A stretch of 62,856 bases of DNA, filler included, from Globobulimina sp. (lineage: Eukaryota): assembly GCA_003354225.1 (NCBI GenBank). It is 21 parts of 21 records of this genome, joined end to end, with 100 filler letters (N's around TTAATTAATTAA, not from the genome) between each part and the next. Parts side by side here need not be neighbours in the genome. Positions count along the whole stretch, not along the records: positions 11,999 to 14,897 come from PIVH01004443.1; positions 14,998 to 17,896 come from PIVH01004444.1; positions 17,997 to 20,895 come from PIVH01004445.1; positions 20,996 to 23,894 come from PIVH01004446.1; positions 23,995 to 26,892 come from PIVH01004447.1; 16 more parts are not named here. One strand, written 5' to 3'. Position numbers and translations under genes: made by a program. Position 1 is the first letter of the stretch. Each line of letters begins with the position of its first letter. The notes under the pieces are model-generated. The model was not told the DNA's origin. It saw only the letters and a program-made list of their open reading frames with translations, and did not search any database. Shown in pieces: positions 13,976 to 26,305 of the stretch.

Positions 13976-14897
13976 TCATTCAAAACAAATGTCTTGTATA
14001 TTTTTAATTTTTCTTTCATCAACATCCATATCCTCAACTCCATTGAACACTCTATTTAATAGATTTTCTTCAATCATTTCTTCAATAACTTCTTGATCGC
14101 TTAAATGTTCACTCTCATCAATTATTGGTGGATCATCTTCACTCGAATCATGAATTTCTCCTTTATCACTTTTTTTTCCCGATGACTTTCTTTTATTTGT
14201 GATTTTCTTTTAGTTGTGCAAAGAACACAACGACAACCTGCTTTATATCCATATTTACATTGTTTATTATTTAAATCAATATCCATATCACTGTCCACAT
14301 TACTGTCCATATCACAGTCCATATCACTTTCCATATAACTCTCCATGTCAGAATCTTCTTCACTTTCATTATTTTCTTCTATGTTTTTCCTTTCCAACAT
14401 CAATAATCTTTGTTCTTCGATTAATCTATCGTCAACATCAGGTTTTTTACATTTTTCTAATCTACTCTGTGTTATCCCTTCCATCACACACTTACTGAAA
14501 TCAGTCAACCTACTTAAGGCTACAAACGTTAGTCCTGATGCATATTCACTTGTTCCTAAATCTATCCAAGCACCATCTAAAGTTAAACCTTGACTTGAAT
14601 GAATTGTTGTTCCCCACGCTAAGCGAATTGGCAATTGGATTCTGAATCTAGTTCTTCCACCAAATAAAAAATTAATATTCTCAGGAATAATAGGTATAAT
14701 TTTTTCTAGTGTTTCACCTCTAAATTTAAGATTTGGCCCTTTATATTTTGGAAATTCAATTAACACTACCGCTGGCAAATTAGGTGGTTTACTTTCTGGA
14801 GAATAAATAATTTCTTTGATCGTCCCAATTGAACCATTATATAACCCAGCTTCAGTCCATAAATTCATTCCCAATCTTACTTTGGCACCAATAGCTA
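13976..14897 (-). mobile_element. PIF1-family (Helitron-type) SF1 helicase C-terminal part, 5' partial; acidic tail apparently frameshifted at A8 (14170-14177)
   Basis: GAKVRLGMNLWTEAGLYNGSIG, RIQLPIRLAWGTTIHSSQGLTL, DLGTSEYASGLTFVALSR; transposon origin is inferred. Confidence 0.75.
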
Positions 14898-15217
14898 NNN
14901 NNNNNNNNNNNNNNNNNNNNNNNNNNNNNNNNNNNNNNNNNTTAATTAATTAANNNNNNNNNNNNNNNNNNNNNNNNNNNNNNNNNNNNNNNNNNNNGTT
15001 CTGGCCCAGAGATTAATGGTTGGCCATATCCGCGATTAAATGCTTGGCGGAGGTATTCTTTGGCCACATTTGGATTATAAATGCCCCATTTACCCCAAAA
15101 CGCGGGTCGTGCTAATGCTGCACGCGAGAGTTTAGGAACGCTCATCCAGTCATTGTAGAGTGCAGTGACTGACTGTAAATAAACTAAGAGTAAACACAAA
15201 AACTCCGTAGTCTGGGA

Positions 15218-17525
15218 ATGAGTAATCAAGGACAAGACAACATAAATGATTACAAACCAACGTGTCCTGTAATATTCTTTGAAAGAGGAAATGACAATGG
15301 ACAAAAACAAATTGTTTAGTCTGCCATTTGTATATTAAATAATATAATCTAATTATAATTAATTAATATATTAAAATCTTTAGTTTACAATTCATTGCCA
15401 GAAACTGGATGTTTTTATAGAATGTTATGTGTCGACAGCAATTATCCGAATGGATGGGGAATGGACGAATAGGACAAAGGATACATTGGACTGCGTATTC
15501 GCATTGCCAACGCCAGGAACAATCATGAATGTAACTTTACGAATTGGTTTAGACCGCGTATTGACGACAGCAATTATATCGGCAGAAGACGCCCACAATT
15601 TAATCAAAGAAAATGCAAAAAAACCACGCGACAATATCGACGATGAAAAAACAAATACAACCCATCTCACGCCAGAGAGTGCCAATCCGTATGAACAATA
15701 TGTGCCGGATTTATTTCGTTTGCCATTTGGCAATGTTGCGCCTGGTGACACCATTGCGTTGTCGTGCGAATATATCGAGGCATTGGATTATTATAAGAAG
15801 GGCTATGTGGTGTCTTTGCCTTTGTATTTCCCGCCGGGCACTATGGTGGAGAGTGCGAGTTGGGATCAAGTGGTCAGTGTGGAATGCAAAATCAACGCCT
15901 TATCGCCAGATACAAAGGTATTTATATAACATACAATACAGTAAATATTCGCATATTCGCATATATATATATTGGATCAGATTGATTGTTGGACGCATCA
16001 CATCAAAGCGAGGGACGGAGAGAATGGCTGCAAAGTGGTGGTGTCCGGTGCTTGCAAACAAATGGAAGAGAAAAAGACAGATTATCTTAGTCCCAACAAA
16101 CAGCACGACATTGGAGTGTCCAAAACAGGGCGCGATTTTGAATTAAGTTACAGCGTAAAATCAGAGAAAATCGGCGCTCATTGCATTCGTGAAATAGATG
16201 TTGACGATGACAATAATGGCTCTTTGTGTATCTTTGTGACGCCGCCGGCGAGCTTAAATACGACATTTGGCCGCGCCTTCTTCTTCTTATTAGATCGGAG
16301 TGGCTCAATGGTGGGGGAACCCTTTCGCGAAGCCAGCCGAGCATTGAACCGCGCACTGGATCGGTTGCGACCCTCCGACCAATTCAATGTCTGCGCCTTC
16401 GACCACCGTCAGGTGTATTATCAGGCGGCGTTGGTGCCGGCCAACAAAGAGATGTTAACCAACTGCAAGACGTGGATCACGACCTATGTGCCGGAGCGGG
16501 GCGGCACGATCATGGACGCGCCCATTAATGCTTCGCTTGAACAATTGGAGAAGTCGGATTTGTTGCCCTTCATTGTGCTGATTACGGATGGCGCCGTCCA
16601 CAACGAACGCGAGATTTGTGAGAAAATCGAAGAGAATAAAAAGATGAGAACGCGCTTCTTGACCTTAGGCATTGGCTCGTATTGCAACTGGTTCTTCTTG
16701 AAAATGCTAAGCAAATTAGGCCGCGGCTTTAGTGATATTGTCGTGTATCGGGAGAGAATCTATCATAAAATGGACCATTTGCTGCGTATGGCCAACACGC
16801 CGGTTCTGACCGACATCGAGATTGGTTTACGCAGCGATGAAATGGAGATTTACCCCTTTCCGATCCCCGACCTCTTCATCGGTGCGCCGGTGGTGATTGC
16901 GGCGCGTTACTCGTCGGAGCAATGTCCGTCGAAGATAGTGATCCGCGGCTTTAACCCGCACGGCGACCAAGAAACCATCAGCAGCAAAGTGGAGACGCGC
17001 AACGACTTACCGGTGGAGAAGATCTTCATTAAGCAACAGATCGATTTGATGACTGCCGATGCCTGGCTCCGCAAATCCAAAAAGTTGGAGCAAAAAGTCA
17101 TCGACGTGTCGGTCAACGCCAATATGCCCTCCATGTTTACCAGCACCGTCATGTTCGAAACCACACAGTCTTTGTTCGAGGAAGAAGAGAAGAAATTGGA
17201 CGACTTAATTGACGACAATGACAATGGCAATGGCAATGACCACAATGACAATGCAGATCTAAATAAAAACAAACAGCGTCGACAAAGAGTGATGGCCAAA
17301 ATGAAAAACAACAAAAAAACGGTGGCTGCGCTAGCCATTGGCGGTACAGCCGCTGTGGTGGCGGTTGGCATTATGTCGTTTGGTGACATTCAGGCGACTT
17401 TGGACAATATACCGATTTTAGGCGGCGGCGGCGACATTGATTTGGACATTGATGCGTGTTGCGATGATTGTGACTGTGACTGTGATATGGATTGTGACTG
17501 TGATTGTGATTGTATTATAATGTAA
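15218..17525 (+). CDS. VIT-VWA (inter-alpha-trypsin inhibitor heavy-chain-like) protein; introns 15314-15383 and 15918-15980
   Basis: VIT-like ECYVSTA..CVFALP; MIDAS DRSGSM, GGT, ITDG; PFPIPDLFIGAPVVI; both introns phase 0 and in frame; C-terminal hydrophobic segment and Cys/Asp tail. Confidence 0.88.
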
Positions 17526-18142
17526 TTCAGCTCTTCTTTTTTTTGTTGCAAATGGTGAATTTATTCATTTGTTGTTTTGTTTTTGTTGTTGACTCACAGT
17601 AAAATTGAAGAATGTATTTTGTTGTTTACCCAAAAAAACGCAGTAAAAGTGGAATTACCCCACTCCTTTTGAGCCGTTTACTCCACTAAGGGGAGTAAAA
17701 TAGAAACGAAAAACAAATCTTGTACGTGATTGGTAAAGATTGTACATTATTCGTAAAACAAACAAAAAACAAAACATTATATAAAACAAAAAAATGTGAT
17801 GAATTATGGGAATAAATAAAAAAAATGTAAAAAATGTGATGATATTGGGATTTGGACCCAAATCTTATTTAATAAGATGCTTTCATAAAGCTATCANNNN
17901 NNNNNNNNNNNNNNNNNNNNNNNNNNNNNNNNNNNNNNNNTTAATTAATTAANNNNNNNNNNNNNNNNNNNNNNNNNNNNNNNNNNNNNNNNNNNNCAAG
18001 TAATGAGCAATGCAATTTACCTCATAAAAAAAAGATGATTAATTGTATTTTTTTTCATACATATTTTGGAACACAAACACATATAAATAAAAAGTCATTT
18101 TTTATAAATAAATAATGTATATTACTGATTAAATGTTTTTCA

Positions 18143-20557
18143 TTAATAATAATTAAGCCGTGATTTATTGTATGACGCTATATTATGTGCATTGTGTTTA
18201 CAGTCATATTCTTCATCCATATCATATTTTATTTTTTGACATTTTTCAATAAATTCAGCACAATGTCGGAATTCATGATAATACTGATATAAATTGGTAA
18301 TGTAAGAATGAATGGTATTGACTAATATTCTCCGCTGCCTTTTTGTTTGACAATTATCTAATAATGTTTTTGGAATATAATTACCAAATTTATCCGCAAT
18401 CATTTGTTTTAATAAAAAACCTTGTTTGGAACAAATAATATGTATCAAATTATCAATTTGCTTCTCATTTGCTACTTTAATACACGTTTCAATAACATTC
18501 GAGCCATGTTTATCTTTGCTTAAATACAAAATATTGCCACCATTAAATACATCATTAATTAATTGATTGCGAAATTTATTTATTTCCGATAAATTCGAAT
18601 ACCATTCGTCTTTTTTAATTATACACTGAATTACATAATTTCCGTATTTTACTTGTGATAAAAATAAATGACTATCATTTAAAAATAATCTATTTACATC
18701 TAATTTATCTGCATAAACCCCAACGAATGCTTGAACCACACGGCATGCATAAACATTTTCGGAATAAGAAACTAATTATAATTAGAATTAGAATTAGAAA
18801 ACGGATTTATTCATATCGCAAACTAGTAACATACCGAGATTTCTTTCCAATGCATCACCAATGAATTTCATTGCTTTATATGGCAATTTCAATTCAATCA
18901 TCGCTTGAATGACATGGTTCGTGTTACAACAAAGTAAACATTCATGGATCGAGTTGCTGCCACCATCGGGAGATACCTTTGAATTTGAATTTGTATTTGT
19001 ATTTATAGATTGAATGGTTTTTTTACGAAAACATTCCACCAATTTCATTAATCTGTTAATATTTTTCACGGAAGATAAGACTTTTTGGATGACACGACAT
19101 CCATATTTCGATTTGCATAAACGTAATGTCGATGGATATACGAAATAATTAAATAATAACTCGTGATGAAGGTCTGTGCCACGGACAAAAAATAATTGAA
19201 TTAAATAATTACCATAAATATCTTCGGACATTAACGTTAAATCAATATTATTCGATACCAAATGATGGATTACCAACGTTATAACATCTACACATTCGCG
19301 CGAATTATAGGATTTCAAAATATTTTGTAAATATCGCGAGCCATATTGATCTTTCATTAATCTGCAAATCAAATTACAGTCAATTAACTCTTTAATCCCG
19401 AATTTTAAGGACAAAATACATCCAACATCCATGGATTTAAAATTGATATGCTGCTCACTTTCTAATTTGGCGGCGACCGGCAGAGGTAAAGGGACATGCG
19501 GTGCTATGGCAACAGGCGCCGGTGCTGGTAATATGGCGCACGCATATTTGGCAACCTGTGGCGGGGATTGGTATGCAAAATATTCTTTATTTGGTGAATA
19601 ATCGGAATTTAAATAACGATGATGGTGCATATGCATTGGTGGCATTGCTGGGATTTGGATTGGTGGCATGGCAGCCATTGCTTGTGTGTTATGACTGTGA
19701 TTGTATATAAATTGACCGTTACCATTGCAATTATTATTATATTCAAAGGGAGTGATACAGGAGACAGTGGGTGATGGCGTCAATGAATATTCCATCTGTT
19801 TGGTTGGTGATGGCGTCAATGAATCACTGTTGATTCCTAATTCTAAATCTAAGACATTTTTACTGAATTCCGAATCTATTAAAAACGAATTATCGTCAAC
19901 CGCAGTTGTGTGATTATTATAACAATGATTTTCTTTTACACTTAAATTTAATTTTGTAATTTTTTGAACAATTTTTTTAGGAATACAAACACCTAAAATC
20001 ATTTCCATATTTCTTAAATAACCTGCGGACAATAACCCATATTTTACACATTCTTCATTCGAATTCGCAATTGCATGAGGCTGGAATTTGAAAATCTGCT
20101 TTGTAGTCCAACCCGGCGATGCTAAGTTGTATAAATAAAAATTCTCAATTTCGTCAAAGGGAAATTTCACTCCATAATCTCCGATTGCTTGATTGATCTG
20201 TACACAGTCCATTGCTTCCTCACTTTCTGTAGTTTGTCTGGTTTGCGCTGTTTCTGTGGTTTCCGTGGTTTCCATGGTTTCTGCAGTTTGCTCCGATTCT
20301 AATTCTTGTCTTTGTCTTATTTTGGACGGTTTGTTTTTTTTTGATCTTCTTCTTCTTTTTGAACGCTTTTTCCTTTTTGGCAATGCTGCAGTGTGTGTGC
20401 ATGAACACGATGAAGCAGAAGATGTTGGCGCTGAGATGGCTTCTCTTGCTAATCGGGAGTCTAATTGTGTAGTCTCAGTATTACCAATATCCAATTCTTT
20501 TGTTCGCAATAATATTGAGACTTGATCGTTATCTGTACAGTACAGTTGCGGATTCAT
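18143..20557 (-). CDS. Pumilio/PUF RNA-binding protein with 8 repeats; intron 18772-18834
   Basis: Repeats GSRYLQ, GNYLIQ, GCRVIQ, TNHVIQ, ACRVVQ (restored by splicing), GNYVIQ, GSNVIE, GNYIPK; start could be 20557 or 20635. Confidence 0.93.
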
Positions 20558-20995
20558 CACACTCTGACTTTTTGGTATGCAGTTAATAAATGAATAAAAA
20601 CAATTATTGGTAATACAGCTACACTGAATAAACATGTACCAGAAACAACAAACAATGAAAGAGATCGAGGATTTGAAATTGCCAGAAAAAACTTTCCACT
20701 GTGGGTCAATTCACTACAAAAATGGATGCCTTGCATCTGGATACACAGTTGTGAAAAACAGCATATTTAGGGATTATTATTCGAACATAGTAGCAAGGCG
20801 TTCATATGACAAAAAAATCTAAACATCCAATATTATATTATGGATGCATCTAACATAAATATTTAAACAATTTTATCATATTTTCCCGAGATTTGNNNNN
20901 NNNNNNNNNNNNNNNNNNNNNNNNNNNNNNNNNNNNNNNTTAATTAATTAANNNNNNNNNNNNNNNNNNNNNNNNNNNNNNNNNNNNNNNNNNNN

Positions 20996-21493
20996 TCCGA
21001 TTTTTCCGACCATGCCAGGTTCAATTAACATTAACATTGTATGTCTTGGCTTGTTTATTCGTAACAACACAGCATTTTCATGCATATTTTCAATCCAGTC
21101 CCAATTTTGTGCAGTCAGACAATCAGATACATTCATAATACCGCTGCACTCTGTTATTCTATTATTTGAATCTTTATTTTGTGTTAAAACATTATAAATC
21201 TCTGTACGACAATTCAATAAATATATTTTCCACAAAATTTCGCCGGATCCTTGACTGATTCCATAAATCTCTTCGCAGATTGATGGACATTCTCTTCGCA
21301 TTACATATTCATATTCTTGGCATTGTTCTTCCAGCATGTTATCATTTCCACCCTTGTCAAGAAACCAATCATAATAGACTTGGACCGTTGCTTTAATACG
21401 ATCTTTTAATGTAACACCATAATTGTATCCAATTTCATATGGAGAATTGCCATTAATTTCATACAAGGGAAGTTTCTTAGTAGAAGACGACAT
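20996..21493 (-). CDS. Peptidase C45 / acyl-CoA:6-APA acyltransferase-like Ntn hydrolase (3' partial)
   Basis: PYEIGYNYG, EEIYGISQGSG, LLNCRTEI, ECS (nucleophile Cys), AQNWDW, EPGMVGKIG. Confidence 0.88.
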
Positions 21494-21605
21494 TGCTCTC
21501 AGTCTTAGTCTTAGTCTTACATACAAACTATATTTAAAAATAAAACAATTCAACATCTAAACATGAATTTTCCTGATCATAAATTAGGAGAAGATACTAT
21601 TACCA

Positions 21606-22766
21606 TCATGCAGTTTCAATTAAGGTTTGTTTTTTTGGGTAATATGTTATTGACGAGTTGACTAATCCATATCTTCCATATTGATTTTCATTCCGATCAG
21701 CGTCAATGGATTTATTTTTAACTAGTTCAGGATCAGATTGATTTAATTCAAATTTCCATCCAATTTCACCATCACATTTTGAACAAATTACCTTTGAAAT
21801 CATCATCGCGCCTTGTACACAGAAAATCATTTTACTATCACAACAATAAACACTATCCATATACATTGAATTATAATATTTTGCATTCTCTCGTTTACCA
21901 TCAATACTCCAACAATGTTCATTGCTCAATATAGCATCGGCAAAACTTAATAAATTGCCACAACATTTTAAATTTTTATTTCCCCCAAAACACAATTTAC
22001 CTCTCACGCCTGTGCAATATATTGGAATTCTCTTATTATTAATTAAACAGTTCACATTATGATCCAATGATAATAAACGCACGTAATTCTTGCAAATAAT
22101 CAGTCGATTTAATACATTATTTTTAAAATTATTTGAAACTGATAATTCTTCCTCTTTTTTTAAGTTATCAACATGAATGATTTTAAAACCTAAAAATAAT
22201 TTACATTTGTTACAAACTACAGAATTAACCATACATTCATTAATATTTGTATTCATAGCAATGCGTAATTGATTCAATGAGAATGGATGTTTAAATTCAA
22301 TAAAATGACTACGGAGACCATTGCAAAGTTCCGTGTCTAGACATAATTTAATATCTGGCAATACCGCTATATTTGTTTGCAATTTGCTTGCTGTATTATT
22401 CGAAGATTGTAATAATATGTAATCAGAACTCAATATAAATGCTTCACCATCTTCAATTTCTATATTTAGATTATTATCCGTCATTGCTGTACTTTGTGCA
22501 GTTCCGTTACTTACTTGACTCCATTTGGTGAATTCTACAGCTTTGGGATGGAATAATGGAGAGTCACAATTACTGCACGAATAGCATCTGTATAAATAAT
22601 AACCGTAGTAATCATAAAATAAATATTTACAACACGATATAAAATTAATTTGATCTTTGTAGTTTAAATAAAACATTGCAATATGTTGCGTTATATCACC
22701 TGGTGAAGCATCAAAAAAACTAAATTTAAACGTATATAGAAGCTCGTCAACTAATTGCAGTGCCAT
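21606..22766 (-). CDS. Protein with two Yippee/Mis18-like zinc-binding domains
   Basis: YSCSNCDSPL...VCNKCKLFLGFK, and IYC..CCGNLL...VICSKCDGEIGWKF...NQYGRYGL. Confidence 0.72.
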   Translation of the reverse strand: MALQLVDELLYTFKFSFFDASPGDITQHIAMFYLNYKDQINFISCCKYLFYDYYGYYLYRCYSCSNCDSPLFHPKAVEFTKWSQVSNGTAQSTAMTDNNLNIEIEDGEAFILSSDYILLQSSNNTASKLQTNIAVLPDIKLCLDTELCNGLRSHFIEFKHPFSLNQLRIAMNTNINECMVNSVVCNKCKLFLGFKIIHVDNLKKEEELSVSNNFKNNVLNRLIICKNYVRLLSLDHNVNCLINNKRIPIYCTGVRGKLCFGGNKNLKCCGNLLSFADAILSNEHCWSIDGKRENAKYYNSMYMDSVYCCDSKMIFCVQGAMMISKVICSKCDGEIGWKFELNQSDPELVKNKSIDADRNENQYGRYGLVNSSITYYPKKQTLIETA

Positions 22767-22810
22767 GAAGCATCTCAAAAAAAGAGCTAGATTGCTAACA
22801 CAACAACCAT

Positions 22811-23894
22811 ATGATGCGCTTTCACGGCGCATGTCGTTGTATACGTATGGACAACAAACAACAATTAAACATAAGAAGAATGCCTGGAAGTATTAGACGC
22901 CCATTTTGCAACTCTGTTGACGGTATCCCAACATCTCATGGAATATTAAAGCCAAATATTCCTTTAGATTTAGCATGCGGTGGCCGGTTACCTGCGTCAG
23001 CCATTAAAATTCATTATGCGACATGGGGACTACCATCAAATCCAACCATATTAATAGCACCGTCCATGTCAAACTCGTGTTTTTTGACGCATCATCCTGG
23101 CATTCCTAAAGAAACAATGTTTCATGGCGGTTTATGGTGGACGAGTTTAGTTGGCAATGGACATAAATTTGCAATTGACATAAATAAGTATCATGTTGTA
23201 TCAATCACTCCATTGGGTTCGCCATTCGGTTCGACATCGCCTTTATCACAAAATCCAGAAACCAAAAATGAAAACGACAGCATCTATGGGTCCGCTTTTC
23301 CAACGATAACGCCCATCGACCAAGCAAGGTTTATGAGAATGGGACTCGATGCTTTACAGATTAATGACAAACTACATTGTATACTCGGTGGATCAATGGG
23401 TGGTATGCAAGCGTTAGAATATGCGGCTCAATTTCCTGATACGTATGATAAAGTATGTGCCATTGCCACAACTGGGTGGACATCGCCATCAACTGTGGCA
23501 TTGAGAAGCATACAGAGAAAGATTGTGAGATTGGACCCGCATTATAATCCAACCAGTACTGCTGTTGATGTGTTGCAGGGCTTATTGATCACCAGAATGA
23601 TAGGCACTGTTTGTTATAGATCAAGAACAGAATTCGATGATAGGTTTGATTGGAATTTACGTGATTATGGAGAGAAAGGAGATAGATTTGAAGTGGAAGA
23701 ATATTTGGAATATCAAGGCAATAAATTTGCTGGGTACTATGATCCAAATTGTTATTTGACATTAAGTTATTGTATGGATCGAATGAATTTAGGGTTTGGT
23801 TTTGCGGATTTTGAAGAAGGCGTTTTACGGATACCAAATAAAGATGTTATGCTGTTATCGTATGACACGGATTATTTAATACCACCAAATGAGC
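22811..23894 (+). CDS. Homoserine/serine O-acyltransferase (MetX/Cys2 alpha/beta-hydrolase family), 3' partial
   Basis: IHYATWG, LWWTSLVG..AID..KYHVV, FPTITPIDQ, LGGSMGGMQALE, YRSRTEFDDRF, EVEEYLEYQGNKF; Arg-rich N-terminus may be an organelle transit peptide. Confidence 0.92.
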
Positions 23895-23994
23895 NNNNNN
23901 NNNNNNNNNNNNNNNNNNNNNNNNNNNNNNNNNNNNNNTTAATTAATTAANNNNNNNNNNNNNNNNNNNNNNNNNNNNNNNNNNNNNNNNNNNN

Positions 23995-24113
23995 AATACG
24001 TCCAACTTTGCAACTTAAAAGTGATAAAATATGAGTCGTGTATTTGAAGAAACACCGCTAAATCAAAGCACATCAGACAACAATCAAAATGTAAATTGTT
24101 TTATGTCAGACGC
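23995..24113 (+). repeat. 119-bp terminal direct repeat; second copy at 26774-26892
   Basis: First and last 119 nt of the contig are identical. Confidence 0.97.
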
Positions 24114-24450
24114 GTTATCATCGGCACCGTCATCAGCCTCCTCCTCATGGCTCCAAATAATAGAAAATGACATTAAATCGCAAAAGGAAGTTCCTATGAA
24201 CAACAAACTTAAGAACTCAGCACTTCAAAAAATCCTCTAAAACATTATTTGCAATATATAGTCAGATATCATTTATGTGCAAGCATAAATCAAGATTATT
24301 ATTCATTTAACATTTGTTTAACATTTGTTTAAAATTATCAACACCATTGGTAAAAACCTCAATGTACCATTTCCATTCATTTCTTTGTCCTCCTCAATGT
24401 AATATATTTAACAACAACAAATAACATCAGTTTCCTTCGGTTCTGTATAA

Positions 24451-24735
24451 TCAATTCCAGCGGGATGAGTATGTAACAACTGTCCATTCCGTCTGTTCAA
24501 CAGTACCTTTTACTGTAATTTGACAAACAAAATATTGCGGTGTACATCGTATATCAAAATATTTAATATGTTTAACATCACAGGTTACAATTAATTCAAT
24601 AATTGCTTTTGGAATAAAAAATGATGAAGCAAAATTGCTCTCAAATTCATGAATAAATCCAAATATATAAAACTAATAATTCCGTTGGGCGATAAAATTC
24701 ATAAAAAAATTGTTTTCAATGATTTTGTATGTCAT
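24451..24735 (-). pseudogene. Short degenerate reading frame with in-frame TAG (24673-24675)
   Basis: MTYKII..RNY*FYIFGFIHEFE..FFIPKAIIELI resembles the GY(I/L)R..I..lC motif of the protein at 6001-8120. Confidence 0.3.
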
Positions 24736-24930
24736 CGTTATTCAACGATTTAGCAATATTACCTGTAATTTAGTTGTAATTTATTTGTAATTTATTTGGC
24801 ACTGTTTTCCTTGTAAGTTTTTATAATTCACAGACCACATTTGAAACTTTTCAGTGAACCAACTTTTTTTTTAACAGCACATTACATCGTTTCGAAGGAA
24901 CTACACCACTGCATCCCAGTGTTCACAAAG

Positions 24931-26305
24931 ATGGCATACGCATCAAAGAAAGAGTTTGAAAAAGCAACAAAATCATTAAAGAAGATATTCAAAACAAATG
25001 AAGATGGTAAACAAATAATGCGGGTAACAGAACACTGGGAATATGGACCAAATCCGCAAAAGAAAAATACGAAATTAGGACCAAATTCTGTGTTGCCAAG
25101 ATTGTGCAGCCATTATATTAAAAACAATCTGCAAATTCCAGACAACTGTAAATTAGAATTCTGTACTTTTGGTAAAGGTAGTGATTGTTGCAGTAATTTC
25201 CAATGGATAAATCAATGTAATATTACTCCAGATATTTCATTTAATTTATTCACGGCCATTACCAATTCACTCCCGATCAATGTATCACCTTTAAATGTTG
25301 TGCAATATGCATTTTATAAAGATATGATATATAATCGATGGATTGGTACCTCATCATCCGATACGAAACTAAGCATTGATATCGATGGTGATTTACATCC
25401 ATTCTTTATTAAAGAGATTGGGCGGGAGGCATTAACCAAAGCCTTTGACTGTTCACAAGTTTTGTACATATATAAAAACACTTGTTTGTGCAACAAACAA
25501 CTCGCAATATACATAGATATCATATCGTGTCTCATTTGCACCGAAAACAATTGCAATCAAACTTTCTGACAAAATCATCATGACTTTAAGTGGTGGCATT
25601 GTTGGAACAGGCTTTTGCAATTTAGTTAGGAATAAAAATAAAAGCAAAAATATCGATGGTCATTCCATAATTCATATATTGGATGAAAATCGAGAAGATG
25701 TTGATATTCAATTTTATGCAAAGTATGGTTTTAAAGGGAGGATAAATGTGTATCTACAAAGTATGACATATGCATTCAGAGCATCTTTGATAGAATATGC
25801 ATTTGATTCTGTTGATGATATTAAAACTGATCAGTTACACACTGTGAATCCAAATATCACACAAGTCCCAGAACCATATATTGATGAAACAGTAAAGCGT
25901 TCACAAGTAAATAGTAATAATTCTAATAATAAATTAAATGTTAATAAGAATCAAGCATCAGAGCCAATTGTCAATTCACCGTCAAACCATACAAGTTTTG
26001 GTTTGGAAGAAAGTCCGTTAGCTCAAGCAATGGATTCAGAATCGATGATTTATGGCAATTATGATGAGAGTCATTTATGTTTTCCATCATTTAATGATGA
26101 AATTTTCATGAATAACGATCAAATCTTTCCTCAACAAACAGATCCTTTTGATTTTAATGCGGATCGTGAAGATGTAAATTTTACTAATTTTATTTCTATG
26201 GATGATAGTATGCAAATGCAAAATGATAATTTAATGAAAAGAATTAATTCTTGCTTTTGTGATACCGAACAGCCACCAACCAAAAAACGTAGAATTACTC
26301 AATAA
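24931..26305 (+). CDS. Orphan protein, ~438 aa, C-terminal NLS-like PPTKKRR; intron 25459-25516
   Basis: Phase-0 GT..AG intron joins ORFs 24841-25569 and 25580-26305 (DCSQ/ISYRVSF). Confidence 0.78.

Noticed and set aside
14998..15310. Minus-strand 122-aa ORF
   Set aside because: It overlaps the VIT-VWA first exon and has no recognisable motif. Its 3' part might be a divergent gene but I cannot support that.
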